IMG/VR virus record: IMGVR_UViG_3300030110_003212
Location: 1 to 28,136 of that record
DNA length: 28,136 nt
Source: a virus
Taxonomy: Duplodnaviria > Caudoviricetes
Direction: 5' to 3' (one strand)
The notes under the pieces are model-generated. The model was not told where the DNA came from and did no database searches. It saw only the letters and a list, made by a program, of their open reading frames with translations. Positions 1 through 8,175 of this stretch are shown piece by piece (within the stretch, counting starts at the first letter, position 1; the number at the start of each line of letters is the position of its first letter). A program made the position numbers and the translations under genes.

Positions 1-98
1 GAAAAAAGAAACTAAAGAAAAAGGTGAATGTTTTAAAGATATAAACGTTTCTAAAACTCTTGTTAATTTTATAAAACAATATGTTAAACAACATAAAA
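1..98. repeat. Terminal direct repeat, left copy (circular assembly overlap)
   Basis: Bases 1-98 are identical to 28037-28134; first mismatch at 99 vs 28135. Confidence 0.95.
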
Positions 99-107
99 AA
101 AATTAAC

Positions 108-308
108 ATGGAAACAGAAATTAAATATTCAAAAAACATTTTTACTTTATCAGATAGGCATACTTCAGTAGATGTAGAACTTACTAAACAGCAAGAGTTT
201 AGTTTTGTTTCTTTTACAAGTTTTGATACTGAATATAAACTATGCATTAACAACGGTGAACTAATGCAACTTAAAAAAATTATTGATACTATAAAAGAAC
301 AGCTATGA
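108..308 (+). CDS. Hypothetical early protein (start revised from 81 to 108)
   Basis: ATG at 108 follows the stop (104-106) of the ORF crossing the circular junction; ATGA overlap with next gene. Confidence 0.65.
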   Translation: METEIKYSKNIFTLSDRHTSVDVELTKQQEFSFVSFTSFDTEYKLCINNGELMQLKKIIDTIKEQL

Positions 309-664
309 TCTACCAACACACACAAGAAGATTTAGAAAACATTAGATACAATACTGAATTAATTGAATACTGGGAAAAAGAACATACTGTTAATGAACTA
401 AACAAATCTTTAAATAGTGTTTTATTGCGTGTTAACTGGCATAAAAACATACTACTAACTATCAACACTACTTTAAAAATTAAATCTCTTAGAAGCCTTT
501 TAAATGCTTTTAAGAAACAGAAAGAAGAATTAGAATCACTAAAAGAAAAGTTTAAATTGATGAACGTAAAAAGTTTACAATGCAATAAACTACTTTTAGA
601 AACTAAACATTTAATTGAACTAACACTAAAAAAAATCAAAGATGAACAACAAAGAACAACTTAA
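305..664 (+). CDS. Hypothetical coiled-coil protein
   Basis: 119 aa ORF, coupled to both neighbours. Confidence 0.65.
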   Translation: MIYQHTQEDLENIRYNTELIEYWEKEHTVNELNKSLNSVLLRVNWHKNILLTINTTLKIKSLRSLLNAFKKQKEELESLKEKFKLMNVKSLQCNKLLLETKHLIELTLKKIKDEQQRTT

Positions 665-1016
665 CACACTATTTAAAAAGTATGAACTTGAAAAAGATGA
701 TACTTTTAAACACAAACACTATCATATAATTACTAGAAGTGGTATTGATAAAATTCAAGCAAGAGCTGGTATTAATATAAACTATGAGTTAAAACATTAT
801 AACCCTGATCTAAAAACTTGTATTATTAAAGCAACAGGAATATCTAATGCAGTTGAAATACAAACCTATGGAGAGTGTTCACCTGAAAACAACAGAAATG
901 CTTATCCAGTAGCCATAGCTGAAAAGAGAGCAATGAGCAGAATTGTTTTGAAGCTATGTGGTTTTTATGAGCTTGGAGTATTTGGTGAAGATGAAAGTGA
1001 ATCATTTAAAAAATAA
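642..1016 (+). CDS. Putative single-strand annealing protein (RecT/Rad52-like)
   Basis: C-terminal AEKRAMSRIVLK...GVFGEDE resembles the SSAP core helix motif; near an SSB-like gene. Confidence 0.5.
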   Translation: MNNKEQLNTLFKKYELEKDDTFKHKHYHIITRSGIDKIQARAGININYELKHYNPDLKTCIIKATGISNAVEIQTYGECSPENNRNAYPVAIAEKRAMSRIVLKLCGFYELGVFGEDESESFKK

Positions 1017-1021
1017 ATAAG

Positions 1022-1195
1022 ATGGGCAAAAGCATATATAAGAACTACCTAAATAAAGCTTTATCAAACTTAGATAACACATTAGAAGAAATAGAAGAAA
1101 CTGTTCATAAAGGAAGATATGAGCACATGGAGAAAGCAGTTAAGTATAAAGTAATTTTAGAAGTATTAAGTGAATATTATAAAAAGTCAAAATGA
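1022..1195 (+). CDS. Small hypothetical protein, 57 aa (MGKSIYKNYLNK...YYKKSK), not in ORF track
   Basis: Fills the gap; ATGA overlap with the 1192 ORF. Confidence 0.65.
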   Translation: MGKSIYKNYLNKALSNLDNTLEEIEETVHKGRYEHMEKAVKYKVILEVLSEYYKKSK

Positions 1196-1680
1196 AAAAG
1201 GAATATCTAATACAATATACAGGAGTATTTGGAGAGGTTTTAGAGCAAGATGTAACAGGTTTAAAATATGTAGCTGGTTCTGAAGGTTGGGGGGCCTTTA
1301 GAGTAAAGTGTACAGAACAAGAGCTAGAACAAATGGAAAAAGAATGGAATCAATTAAGTGGCTTTTTTGTTAAAGAAATACAAGATTTAAGCATTTGCTT
1401 AATATCTATAAAGCTATACAAAAATAACCCTGATAAGCCTAGTTTATTTAAATTATATGATTATTATAATTTTCATACTGATAAATTTAAGTATGTAACT
1501 ATTTCTCAAATTGTAGAATTTCTTAAAGCTGCTGGTAATAATTCTTATGAAGGTGAAGATTATAAAAGGTTTTTAATTTCAGAAGAAAAAGAATTTTTTG
1601 CTTGGGTAAATACTGAAAAGCTACTAGAATTTTTAAACAAAGAAAACACATTTAAAAAAGATTATTTCAATAACTTTTAA
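1192..1680 (+). CDS. Hypothetical protein
   Basis: 162 aa ORF, no recognised motif. Confidence 0.7.
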   Translation: MKKEYLIQYTGVFGEVLEQDVTGLKYVAGSEGWGAFRVKCTEQELEQMEKEWNQLSGFFVKEIQDLSICLISIKLYKNNPDKPSLFKLYDYYNFHTDKFKYVTISQIVEFLKAAGNNSYEGEDYKRFLISEEKEFFAWVNTEKLLEFLNKENTFKKDYFNNF

Positions 1681-1683
1681 CGT

Positions 1684-1748
1684 ATTGCATCAGTTAGTAG
1701 AAAATTTTTTATTAGGGACAGTAAGATAAAATTGAAAGCTGGTGCAAT
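1684..1748 (+). promoter_or_regulatory. Putative structured RNA leader upstream of SSB-like gene
   Basis: ATTGCATCAGTT (1684-1695) pairs with AGCTGGTGCAAT (1737-1748): 12 bp with two G-U pairs. Confidence 0.5.
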
Positions 1749-1773
1749 TATTTATTAATCAAAAAAAACAAAA

Positions 1774-2127
1774 ATGAGTGAACTAAAAGTAACAGGCACT
1801 ATAACAAAAGTGTTAAAAGAAGAAGGTGGAACAACTAAAAAAGGTTCTAAATGGTTAAAACAATGCTTTATCCTAGATACTAAAACTGAATATAATAATA
1901 TATATTGTTTTGAAATGTTTGGTGAAGAAAGAGTTAACCAATTATCGAAACACAAAGTTGGTGATCAAGTAGAAGTAAGCTTTAATGTTTCTACTAATGA
2001 ATGGAAAGATAAATACTTTACTACTTTAAGTGCGTGGAAGGTGTTTAAAACTACTGAAGAAACAACTGCAAAGGAAATTCAAGAAGTATTAGAAGCTGAG
2101 GAATCAGAAGATGATCTACCTTTCTAA
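1774..2127 (+). CDS. DUF3127-like single-stranded DNA-binding protein
   Basis: OB-fold-like pattern (G..KKGSKW.KQ, VGDQVEVSFNV, YFTTLSAWK) and acidic DDLPF tail. Confidence 0.8.
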   Translation: MSELKVTGTITKVLKEEGGTTKKGSKWLKQCFILDTKTEYNNIYCFEMFGEERVNQLSKHKVGDQVEVSFNVSTNEWKDKYFTTLSAWKVFKTTEETTAKEIQEVLEAEESEDDLPF

Positions 2128-2374
2128 AAATAATATTGAACAATTAACTGATGAATTTATAAGTGAACAGCTAATAATGGGTTATACATTACCTGAATTA
2201 GCTTTACAATGGGAAATAGAATATGCTACACTTTGTAACACTTATAAAGCAGAAAACGATAAATTTAATAGATTATTATATAACGGTAAACAAGAACCAT
2301 ATTATTATGATGAATTTGATTATGGTAAAAAACCTTCTTATAATTACGAAGAAGTAAGAAAAGAAATATTATGA
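2111..2374 (+). CDS. Hypothetical protein, possible HTH
   Basis: GYTLPELALQWEIEYATL resembles an HTH; overlaps neighbours. Confidence 0.55.
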   Translation: MIYLSKNNIEQLTDEFISEQLIMGYTLPELALQWEIEYATLCNTYKAENDKFNRLLYNGKQEPYYYDEFDYGKKPSYNYEEVRKEIL

Positions 2375-2838
2375 GCTGGAATAATAAAATAACAGTTAAA
2401 AAAGGTGATATAGGTGAACAAATAATAAAAGATTATTTAGAACGTAAAGGATGGGTAATATATGCACCTACTACTGATAAAGCACATTATTTTGATATGA
2501 TAGCTACAAGAAATAAAAAAGAAATAATAGGTTATGATGTTAAAACTAAAGCTAGGTTAAATAAAATTGCTGCTACTGGAATAGATAAGCAAGATTATTT
2601 AGATTATATGAGGTTTACTAGAGATTATTATTTTCCATTTTATTTATTCTTTGTTGATGAAAAAGAAGGTAAAGTTTATTATCAGTTATTAAAAAAACTT
2701 CCTAAACCTTTTGAATTAACACCTGAAATAGTGTGTTGGTATTTAAAAGATTTACAGTATATTTTTTCTTTAACTGAAGATCAAAAAAGTAAATTATCTA
2801 AATTCGATAATAGAAATTATAAATACAAACCACAATAA
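2371..2838 (+). CDS. PD-(D/E)XK-family nuclease
   Basis: KKGDIGE...YL...GW...FD...DVK motif pattern. Confidence 0.65.
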   Translation: MSWNNKITVKKGDIGEQIIKDYLERKGWVIYAPTTDKAHYFDMIATRNKKEIIGYDVKTKARLNKIAATGIDKQDYLDYMRFTRDYYFPFYLFFVDEKEGKVYYQLLKKLPKPFELTPEIVCWYLKDLQYIFSLTEDQKSKLSKFDNRNYKYKPQ

Positions 2839-2841
2839 TAT

Positions 2842-2849
2842 TATATTTG
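2842..2849 (+). promoter_or_regulatory. Bacteroidota sigma70-type -7 box (TATATTTG) upstream of replication genes
   Basis: Exact TAnnTTTG match in intergenic DNA. Confidence 0.6.
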
Positions 2850-2939
2850 TTTTGAGGTTGAGCTGTACAACTCGTAAAAGGTTTTTTGACTTCCTTTCCT
2901 CTTTCTTATTTACAAAGTCAAAACATTAAAAAGTTAATT

Positions 2940-3569
2940 ATGCAACAAGGTTGGATTAAAATACACCGTCAGCTTTTAGAATGGGAATGGTATGATGATT
3001 TAAATGTAAAAGTTTTATTCTTTCATCTACTGCTCAAAGCAAATCACAAGCCCAAAAAATATAAAGGTAAAATAATTGAAGTAGGCCAGTTAATTACAGG
3101 TTTAGAAGTTCTTTCTACTGAAACTAGTTTAAGTGTTCAAAAAATAAGAACTGCACTAACTAAGCTAAAATCAACAAACGAAATAACAATTAAATCAAGC
3201 TCCAAAGGTACTGTAATTCAAGTAGTTAACTATAAAAAATATCAAGTAGTAACAAACGAACCAACAAACGATCAACAAACAAATAACAAACCATCAACAA
3301 CTAACAAGAATATAAAGAATATAAAGAATAATATTAATGAAAGAAAAGAAGCTTTTAAAATTGAATTAGAAAAATTTAATAATGATTATCCAAAACCTAT
3401 GCTAATTGATTTTTATGAATATTGGTGTGAACATTCTCCAAACGATAAAAAAATGAGATTTGAAAAACAAACTAGTTTTGCAATATCTCGAAGATTAAAA
3501 ACATGGCATAGAAGATCAACTACTAACTACACTGGAAAAAATATAACACTACCTAAATATGGCAATTAA
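2940..3569 (+). CDS. Replication initiator / replisome organiser (start revised to ATG 2940)
   Basis: N-terminal GWIKIHRQLLEWEWY, wHTH-like region, N/Q/T-rich linker containing iterons; directly upstream of helicase. Confidence 0.8.
   Translation: MQQGWIKIHRQLLEWEWYDDLNVKVLFFHLLLKANHKPKKYKGKIIEVGQLITGLEVLSTETSLSVQKIRTALTKLKSTNEITIKSSSKGTVIQVVNYKKYQVVTNEPTNDQQTNNKPSTTNKNIKNIKNNINERKEAFKIELEKFNNDYPKPMLIDFYEYWCEHSPNDKKMRFEKQTSFAISRRLKTWHRRSTTNYTGKNITLPKYGN
3251..3330 (+). repeat. Iteron-like repeats and AT-rich repeats: putative replication origin
   Basis: AACAAAC at 3251, 3263, 3274, 3285 (variant at 3296), then AAGAATATA tandem repeats. Confidence 0.65.
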
Positions 3570-4545
3570 ACACTGGCACAAAGCAAATGAAAAGATAAAA
3601 GAACTAAACAACCTTAGAGAACAGGGTTATTTAAAAGGGTATTCAATAGGATGGAAATTTGATAGTTTACCAATTACAATTAAATCAGGTTGCACTACTT
3701 ATGTAGCTGGAGCACCTCATGACGGTAAAACAGAGTTTTGGTTTGAAATATTAATTAATCTATCAGTAGAACATGGATTAAGGCACGCAATTTATACACC
3801 CGAAACAGGTGAAGTAGTTGATATAATTTCTGAATTATGTTTTAAATACATTGGCAAACCTTACATAAAAACAGAATCAAATTCAATGAGTGAAGCAGAG
3901 AGAGTAGCAGCAGAAATGTTTATAGATGAATTTTTCTATATTATTGATCCTTTAGATGATAACATGACTGCTAATGATTTTTATTCTATGGTAGATAACA
4001 TAGAACTGCAAGAAGGTAAAAGAATACACACTACATTAATTGATCCATTTAACGAACTTTCACACGATTTCAGTAAAGATGAAGGTAGGCAAGATTTATA
4101 TATTGAAAGAATATTAGGTGATGTAAGAAAAAATGCTAGAAAAACTAACAGGCATAATTGCGTGATAACACACGTTAGAAATCAAGCACCTAATATTAGT
4201 GATGGTGTTACTTGGTTTCCTATGGCAACAGCTAGAGAAATTGCTGGTGGTCAAGCGTGGTTTAGAAAAGGTTTGTTAATGATTATTGTTTGGAGGCCAC
4301 CATACGGATTAAATGATGAATTTGGTACACCTTACGAAAAAAACGAAGTTAAAATAAGAGTTGTAAAGAGTAAACCTAAAGGAGTAAGCATCAACGGTAC
4401 TTATACAATGTTTTATGATTTAACAAAAAATGCTTATTATATGAGAGGGAACGAATACAGCAAAAGGCATAAAAACTTAATCAGAGAAAAGCAAGCTGAA
4501 ATAGTTGATTATTACAATACTGAAAAAGAAGAAGATTTTGAATAA
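3559..4545 (+). CDS. DnaB/SF4-type replicative helicase
   Basis: Walker A GAPHDGKT, Walker B TLIDP, ITH motif, IAGG..W, VVKSK. Confidence 0.8.
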   Translation: MAIKHWHKANEKIKELNNLREQGYLKGYSIGWKFDSLPITIKSGCTTYVAGAPHDGKTEFWFEILINLSVEHGLRHAIYTPETGEVVDIISELCFKYIGKPYIKTESNSMSEAERVAAEMFIDEFFYIIDPLDDNMTANDFYSMVDNIELQEGKRIHTTLIDPFNELSHDFSKDEGRQDLYIERILGDVRKNARKTNRHNCVITHVRNQAPNISDGVTWFPMATAREIAGGQAWFRKGLLMIIVWRPPYGLNDEFGTPYEKNEVKIRVVKSKPKGVSINGTYTMFYDLTKNAYYMRGNEYSKRHKNLIREKQAEIVDYYNTEKEEDFE

Positions 4546-4835
4546 TGGATTTACTAGACTACATAACAATTAAGAACAAACTAGAAATATTAATTCTAAG
4601 CACCGATAAAAAAGGTTTGAAGGGTAAACGTAAGGAAAACTATGAAACGCTGTTAGAAGTGCTAGAAACGTTAAATAACGCTATGTTACACTTTGAAAGT
4701 TTAGGCAAAGAATTAAAAAACCAAAGAAACATAAATACTATGGCTTTTACAGAAAACGGTAGATTAAAAGCTAAGATCAACCAACTAACAAAACAGGTTG
4801 AGGTGTTAAACCAAGAAAGAAAAGCAGAATTTTGA
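4545..4835 (+). CDS. Hypothetical coiled-coil protein
   Basis: TAATG-coupled to helicase; heptad pattern. Confidence 0.7.
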   Translation: MDLLDYITIKNKLEILILSTDKKGLKGKRKENYETLLEVLETLNNAMLHFESLGKELKNQRNINTMAFTENGRLKAKINQLTKQVEVLNQERKAEF

Positions 4836-4918
4836 TAGGTTACTTTATATCTATATCAATAGCTTTTATATGTGTGTTTATTTTAGGTGTGTTAGTAGGT
4901 AAAACAATGTATGAATAA
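4832..4918 (+). CDS. Putative 28 aa single-TM peptide (TTG start; MIGYFISISIAFICVFILGVLVGKTMYE)
   Basis: TTGA overlap with upstream stop; fills the gap; hydrophobic. Confidence 0.4.
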   Translation: MIGYFISISIAFICVFILGVLVGKTMYE

Positions 4919-4930
4919 AACCAAAAGAAG

Positions 4931-5281
4931 ATGAATGCAAATAAAAAAGGAAAACGTTTCGAGTTGCAAGTAGCTAAATATCTTAGTAGAGAGTTTGAAA
5001 CAGAAATTCGTAGAACCCCAAATTCAGGGGGGCTTAGTCTAAAAGGGGATATTATGGCAACTAAAGGTATATTATCAGAGTTTAACTGGGAATGTAAGAA
5101 TCAAGAAAAGCTTAATATTTGGAAGGCTCTTGAGCAGTCTGCAAATGATTGCATTGGTTCACACAAACAACCGTTAGTAGTATTTACAAAGAACTTTGAA
5201 AAAGATTATGTTGCGTTGAGGTTAGAAGATTTTACACAGTTATTATTAGAATTAGAACAGTTAAGAAATGGAAATAAATAA
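4931..5281 (+). CDS. Holliday junction resolvase (Hjc-like PD-(D/E)XK)
   Basis: KKGKRFE...RRTPNSGG...GD...WECK motifs. Confidence 0.8.
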   Translation: MNANKKGKRFELQVAKYLSREFETEIRRTPNSGGLSLKGDIMATKGILSEFNWECKNQEKLNIWKALEQSANDCIGSHKQPLVVFTKNFEKDYVALRLEDFTQLLLELEQLRNGNK

Positions 5282-5972
5282 ATTTTATAATGGAGATTGC
5301 TTAGATTTAGTAAATAATATTCAAGATAACTCATTAGATTGTGTTGTAACTTCACCTCCTTATTTTAATAGCTTAAAAAAATATCAAAGAGGTACAGGAT
5401 TTCATTATTCACAAGATATAGGAGAACCATTATATTTAATTTATGACATTTGTGAAGCTCTAAAACCAAAAATTAAAGAGGAAGCAGCACTTTGCATAAA
5501 TTTAGGATATAGTTATGGTGAAACAGGGGTAATGCGACCTTTTGACATAATAAACAGAATAAGGACTAAACTAGGTTATTTTGTAAGTGATTTAATTGTA
5601 TGGCATAAAAAAAACCCAATACCATTACAAAAAAGATTGACTAATTCAACAGAATATATATTTGTGTTATCAAAAACTCCAAAATTAAAATATTATACAA
5701 AAAAATATACTCATAATTTTATAGAGTCTGGTGTTGCTTCAAGTGGATTGGGGCATTCTGCTGTATTTCCTGAAGAAATACCCTTATTTTGTATCAATAA
5801 TTTTACAAAAGAAAAAGATATTGTGTTAGATTGTTTTATGGGTTCAGGAACAACAGCTCTAGCTTGTGTTAAAACAAATAGAAATTTTATAGGTTTTGAA
5901 ATAAACGAAGATTATATTAAAATATCTAATAAAAGATTGCAACCATACTTAAACCAAACAACACTATTTTAA
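5268..5972 (+). CDS. Orphan amino-DNA methyltransferase, beta class (SPPY, likely N4-cytosine)
   Basis: Catalytic VVTSPPY precedes SAM-binding LDCFMGSGTT; HSAVFP. Confidence 0.9.
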   Translation: MEINKFYNGDCLDLVNNIQDNSLDCVVTSPPYFNSLKKYQRGTGFHYSQDIGEPLYLIYDICEALKPKIKEEAALCINLGYSYGETGVMRPFDIINRIRTKLGYFVSDLIVWHKKNPIPLQKRLTNSTEYIFVLSKTPKLKYYTKKYTHNFIESGVASSGLGHSAVFPEEIPLFCINNFTKEKDIVLDCFMGSGTTALACVKTNRNFIGFEINEDYIKISNKRLQPYLNQTTLF

Positions 5973-5981
5973 TGAATGAAG
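5950..5981 (+). repeat. 32-bp imperfect direct repeat, copy 1
   Basis: TAAACCAAAC-N10-TAATGAATGAAG; 27/32 identical to 6604-6635. Confidence 0.75.
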
Positions 5982-6626
5982 ATACTTAATTTATATGCCT
6001 GTTTAGGTGGCAACAGATACAAATGGAATGAGGTTAAAAGTGATATAGAAGTTACTGCTGTGGAGCTTGACCCTGAATTAGCCAAACTATACCAAGAAAG
6101 ATTTCCAAATGATAAAGTAATTGTAGCAGACGCACATCAGTATTTACTTGACCATTATAAAGAGTTTGATTTTATTTGGAGTTCCCCACCTTGTCCAACA
6201 CATAGTAGAGCTAGGTTTTGGGGTTTTGGTGCTAATGGTAAAAATCCTATTTATCCTGATATGAAACTGTATCAAGAAATAATATTTTTACAACACCATT
6301 GTAAAAGCAAATATGTTGTTGAGAATGTTATTCCTTACTATGATCCTATGTTTAATCCTAAAGAGAGAGATAGGCACTTATACTGGACAAATTTTAATCT
6401 ACCTTATAATATTAATGCAAGGCATTTTGATGGTATGTGCCAAACAACAAAGGAAGTTGAAAAATTAAGTGAGTTTCACAAATTTGATTTTAAGAAATAT
6501 AAAGGCAAACAACCATTAAATAAAATAGCAAGAAACCTTGTAGATTATGAAGTAGGCAAAACAATATTTGAAACTGCTTTAGGTATTATTAAAAAACAAA
6601 ATGTAAACCAAACTGAATTATTCTAA
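5976..6626 (+). CDS. Compact C5-cytosine DNA methyltransferase
   Basis: Motif I NLYACLGG, motif IV SSPPC, motif VI ENV, motif VIII-like RDRH, motif X-like RNLV. Confidence 0.8.
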   Translation: MKILNLYACLGGNRYKWNEVKSDIEVTAVELDPELAKLYQERFPNDKVIVADAHQYLLDHYKEFDFIWSSPPCPTHSRARFWGFGANGKNPIYPDMKLYQEIIFLQHHCKSKYVVENVIPYYDPMFNPKERDRHLYWTNFNLPYNINARHFDGMCQTTKEVEKLSEFHKFDFKKYKGKQPLNKIARNLVDYEVGKTIFETALGIIKKQNVNQTELF

Positions 6627-6635
6627 TGAATGAAG
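6604..6635 (+). repeat. 32-bp imperfect direct repeat, copy 2
   Basis: Matches 5950-5981. Confidence 0.75.
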
Positions 6636-6973
6636 TACTAAATAAAATAGCTGAGATTATAGAAGATTATAACAATACTAACATTAGTGATGGAGTAAAG
6701 CTAAATGAACAGTTAAAGAACTTAACAAGCTACTTGTATTACATTGAAGGTATTAAAAGTAAATACCATCAGGATTATGAAGCTATTATATATGATAAAG
6801 TAAATAATCAAAAACTAAGTGTAGCAAGAGCAGTTAACATAGCTAATGTAGAAGTACCTGAAATGTACCAACTTAGAAAATTAACCTTTGCTGCTTATAA
6901 ATGTTGTGATAGCATAAGATCAAATATTTCATTTTTAAAATTAGAGTATAATAATGTAACTAAAAATTATTAA
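6626..6973 (+). CDS. Hypothetical helical protein
   Basis: 115 aa, TAATG-coupled. Confidence 0.7.
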   Translation: MNEVLNKIAEIIEDYNNTNISDGVKLNEQLKNLTSYLYYIEGIKSKYHQDYEAIIYDKVNNQKLSVARAVNIANVEVPEMYQLRKLTFAAYKCCDSIRSNISFLKLEYNNVTKNY

Positions 6974-6978
6974 ATTTG
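6971..6978 (+). promoter_or_regulatory. Bacteroidota -7 box (TAAATTTG) upstream of sigma-like gene
   Basis: TAnnTTTG match 20 nt before the TTG start. Confidence 0.5.
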
Positions 6979-6998
6979 TTAAACCTTTAAGTTATATT

Positions 6999-7517
6999 TT
7001 GTCTAATAATGACGTACTACAAATCTTAGCACAACATCAAAAAGAATGGGAAATAATAACAGAAAAATTATTATTTTCTACTTCTAAATTAAAAGCTGGT
7101 GATATAGTACAAGATATGTATATTAAAGTATTTGATGATCTAACTAAAGATAAAATAACACCTGATGAAATAATTAGAAATAATAAACCTCATTTTGGAA
7201 TTATTAAAAACATACTTAAAAGAATAATACAAGTTAAAAGTAAAAACATTCAACATCATTTAAGTATAGAAGAATTAAATTTAGAAATTGAAGATAAAAA
7301 AGAACCAATTCAATTAAAGAATATAGATGCTAAACTAGCTCAAATAAATACAGTATTAAATCAAATGTATTGGTTTGATAGAAAACTATTTAACTTATAT
7401 ATAAAAGAGTTTCAAAGTATTAGATTATTAAGTAAGGCTACAAAAATTAGCCATGTAACAGTTTATAACACAATAGCTAAATGCAGAAAAATAATATCAA
7501 GAAAAGTAAAACTATAA
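6999..7517 (+). CDS. ECF/sigma70-like RNA polymerase sigma factor
   Basis: Region 2-like AGDIVQDMYIKV; region 4 HTH FDRKLFNLY...SIRLLSKATKISHVTVYNTIAKCRK; ECF-like size. Confidence 0.75.
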   Translation: MSNNDVLQILAQHQKEWEIITEKLLFSTSKLKAGDIVQDMYIKVFDDLTKDKITPDEIIRNNKPHFGIIKNILKRIIQVKSKNIQHHLSIEELNLEIEDKKEPIQLKNIDAKLAQINTVLNQMYWFDRKLFNLYIKEFQSIRLLSKATKISHVTVYNTIAKCRKIISRKVKL

Positions 7518-7876
7518 AAAAGAAATCTAAAGGTTTAGGTGATACAGTAGCTAAAGTAACTAAAGCAACTGGAATAGATAAAGCAGTAAAATTTATTGCT
7601 GGTGAAGAATGTGGATGTGAAAAAAGAAAAGAAGCATTAAATAAATTATTTCCCTATAACCAGCCTGAATGTTTAAAAGAAAATGAATATAATTTTCTAA
7701 AAGAATTTTTTAGTATTCAAAGAAATACTGTATCTTATCAACAGCAACTAGAACTAATAGCAATAAGCAATAGATCACTACACACAAAACTAGAACCTAG
7801 TTCTTGCTCCAGCTGTATTAAATCATTAATGCAAAAGCTTAAAAAACTATATGATAACTATGAAATCAAACCATAA
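7481..7876 (+). CDS. Cys-rich hypothetical protein (SKGLGDT...CGC...CSSC)
   Basis: CGC and CSSC suggest metal binding; start uncertain (37-nt overlap with sigma gene). Confidence 0.7.
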   Translation: MQKNNIKKSKTIKKKSKGLGDTVAKVTKATGIDKAVKFIAGEECGCEKRKEALNKLFPYNQPECLKENEYNFLKEFFSIQRNTVSYQQQLELIAISNRSLHTKLEPSSCSSCIKSLMQKLKKLYDNYEIKP

Positions 7877-8030
7877 AACACAAGCAGATAAAGAACAAAG
7901 ATTATTAACATACCTAAGTAAGAAAAACAAATCAGAATTTGAAAAACTATTAGAAGAAGCAGAAAAAAAGAAAGTGCCAGTTAGACAATGTACAATAGAA
8001 GATAATACATGTGAATCTTGCTCAGGATAA
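7860..8030 (+). CDS. 56 aa protein ending CTIEDNTCESCSG, not in ORF track
   Basis: Translated by hand from ATG 7860 to TAA 8028-8030. Confidence 0.65.
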   Translation: MKSNHKTQADKEQRLLTYLSKKNKSEFEKLLEEAEKKKVPVRQCTIEDNTCESCSG

Positions 8031-8040
8031 AATTAACATT

Positions 8041-8175
8041 ATGCCTAAACCAAAAAAATACGAAAAGAAAAAAGATTTTATGAATAGATGTATTCCTGAA
8101 GTAGTAAAGGAAGGCAAAAAAACAAATCAAGCAATAGCTCAATGTTCATCTATGTACGAAAATAGAAACAAATGA
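8041..8175 (+). CDS. 44 aa protein MPKPKKYEKKKDFMNRC...QAIAQCSSMY, not in ORF track
   Basis: Resembles the P.P..E...F..RC...QA.A.C mini-domain of phage head-associated proteins. Confidence 0.65.
   Translation: MPKPKKYEKKKDFMNRCIPEVVKEGKKTNQAIAQCSSMYENRNK

Noticed and set aside
310-639. Minus-strand 109 aa ORF
   Set aside because: Antisense shadow of the 305..664 gene; F/L/S-rich mirror composition.
1755-1955. Minus-strand 66 aa ORF
   Set aside because: Shadow of the SSB-like gene.
2886-2939. TTG-start extension of the initiator
   Set aside because: The GWIKIHR motif is normally at the extreme N-terminus; ATG 2940 has an A-rich context.
3251-3330. CRISPR-like array
   Set aside because: Units are 7-12 bp with no unique spacers and no cas genes.
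2371-6626. Restriction-modification system from PD-(D/E)XK nucleases plus MTases
   Set aside because: The nuclease adjacent to the MTases looks like a resolvase and the other is 2.4 kb away; orphan MTases are more parsimonious.
7464-7490. Additional TATAACA sites (also 3542, 13317, 27441) as late promoters
   Set aside because: No TACATT at the 15-nt spacing; all lie within genes.
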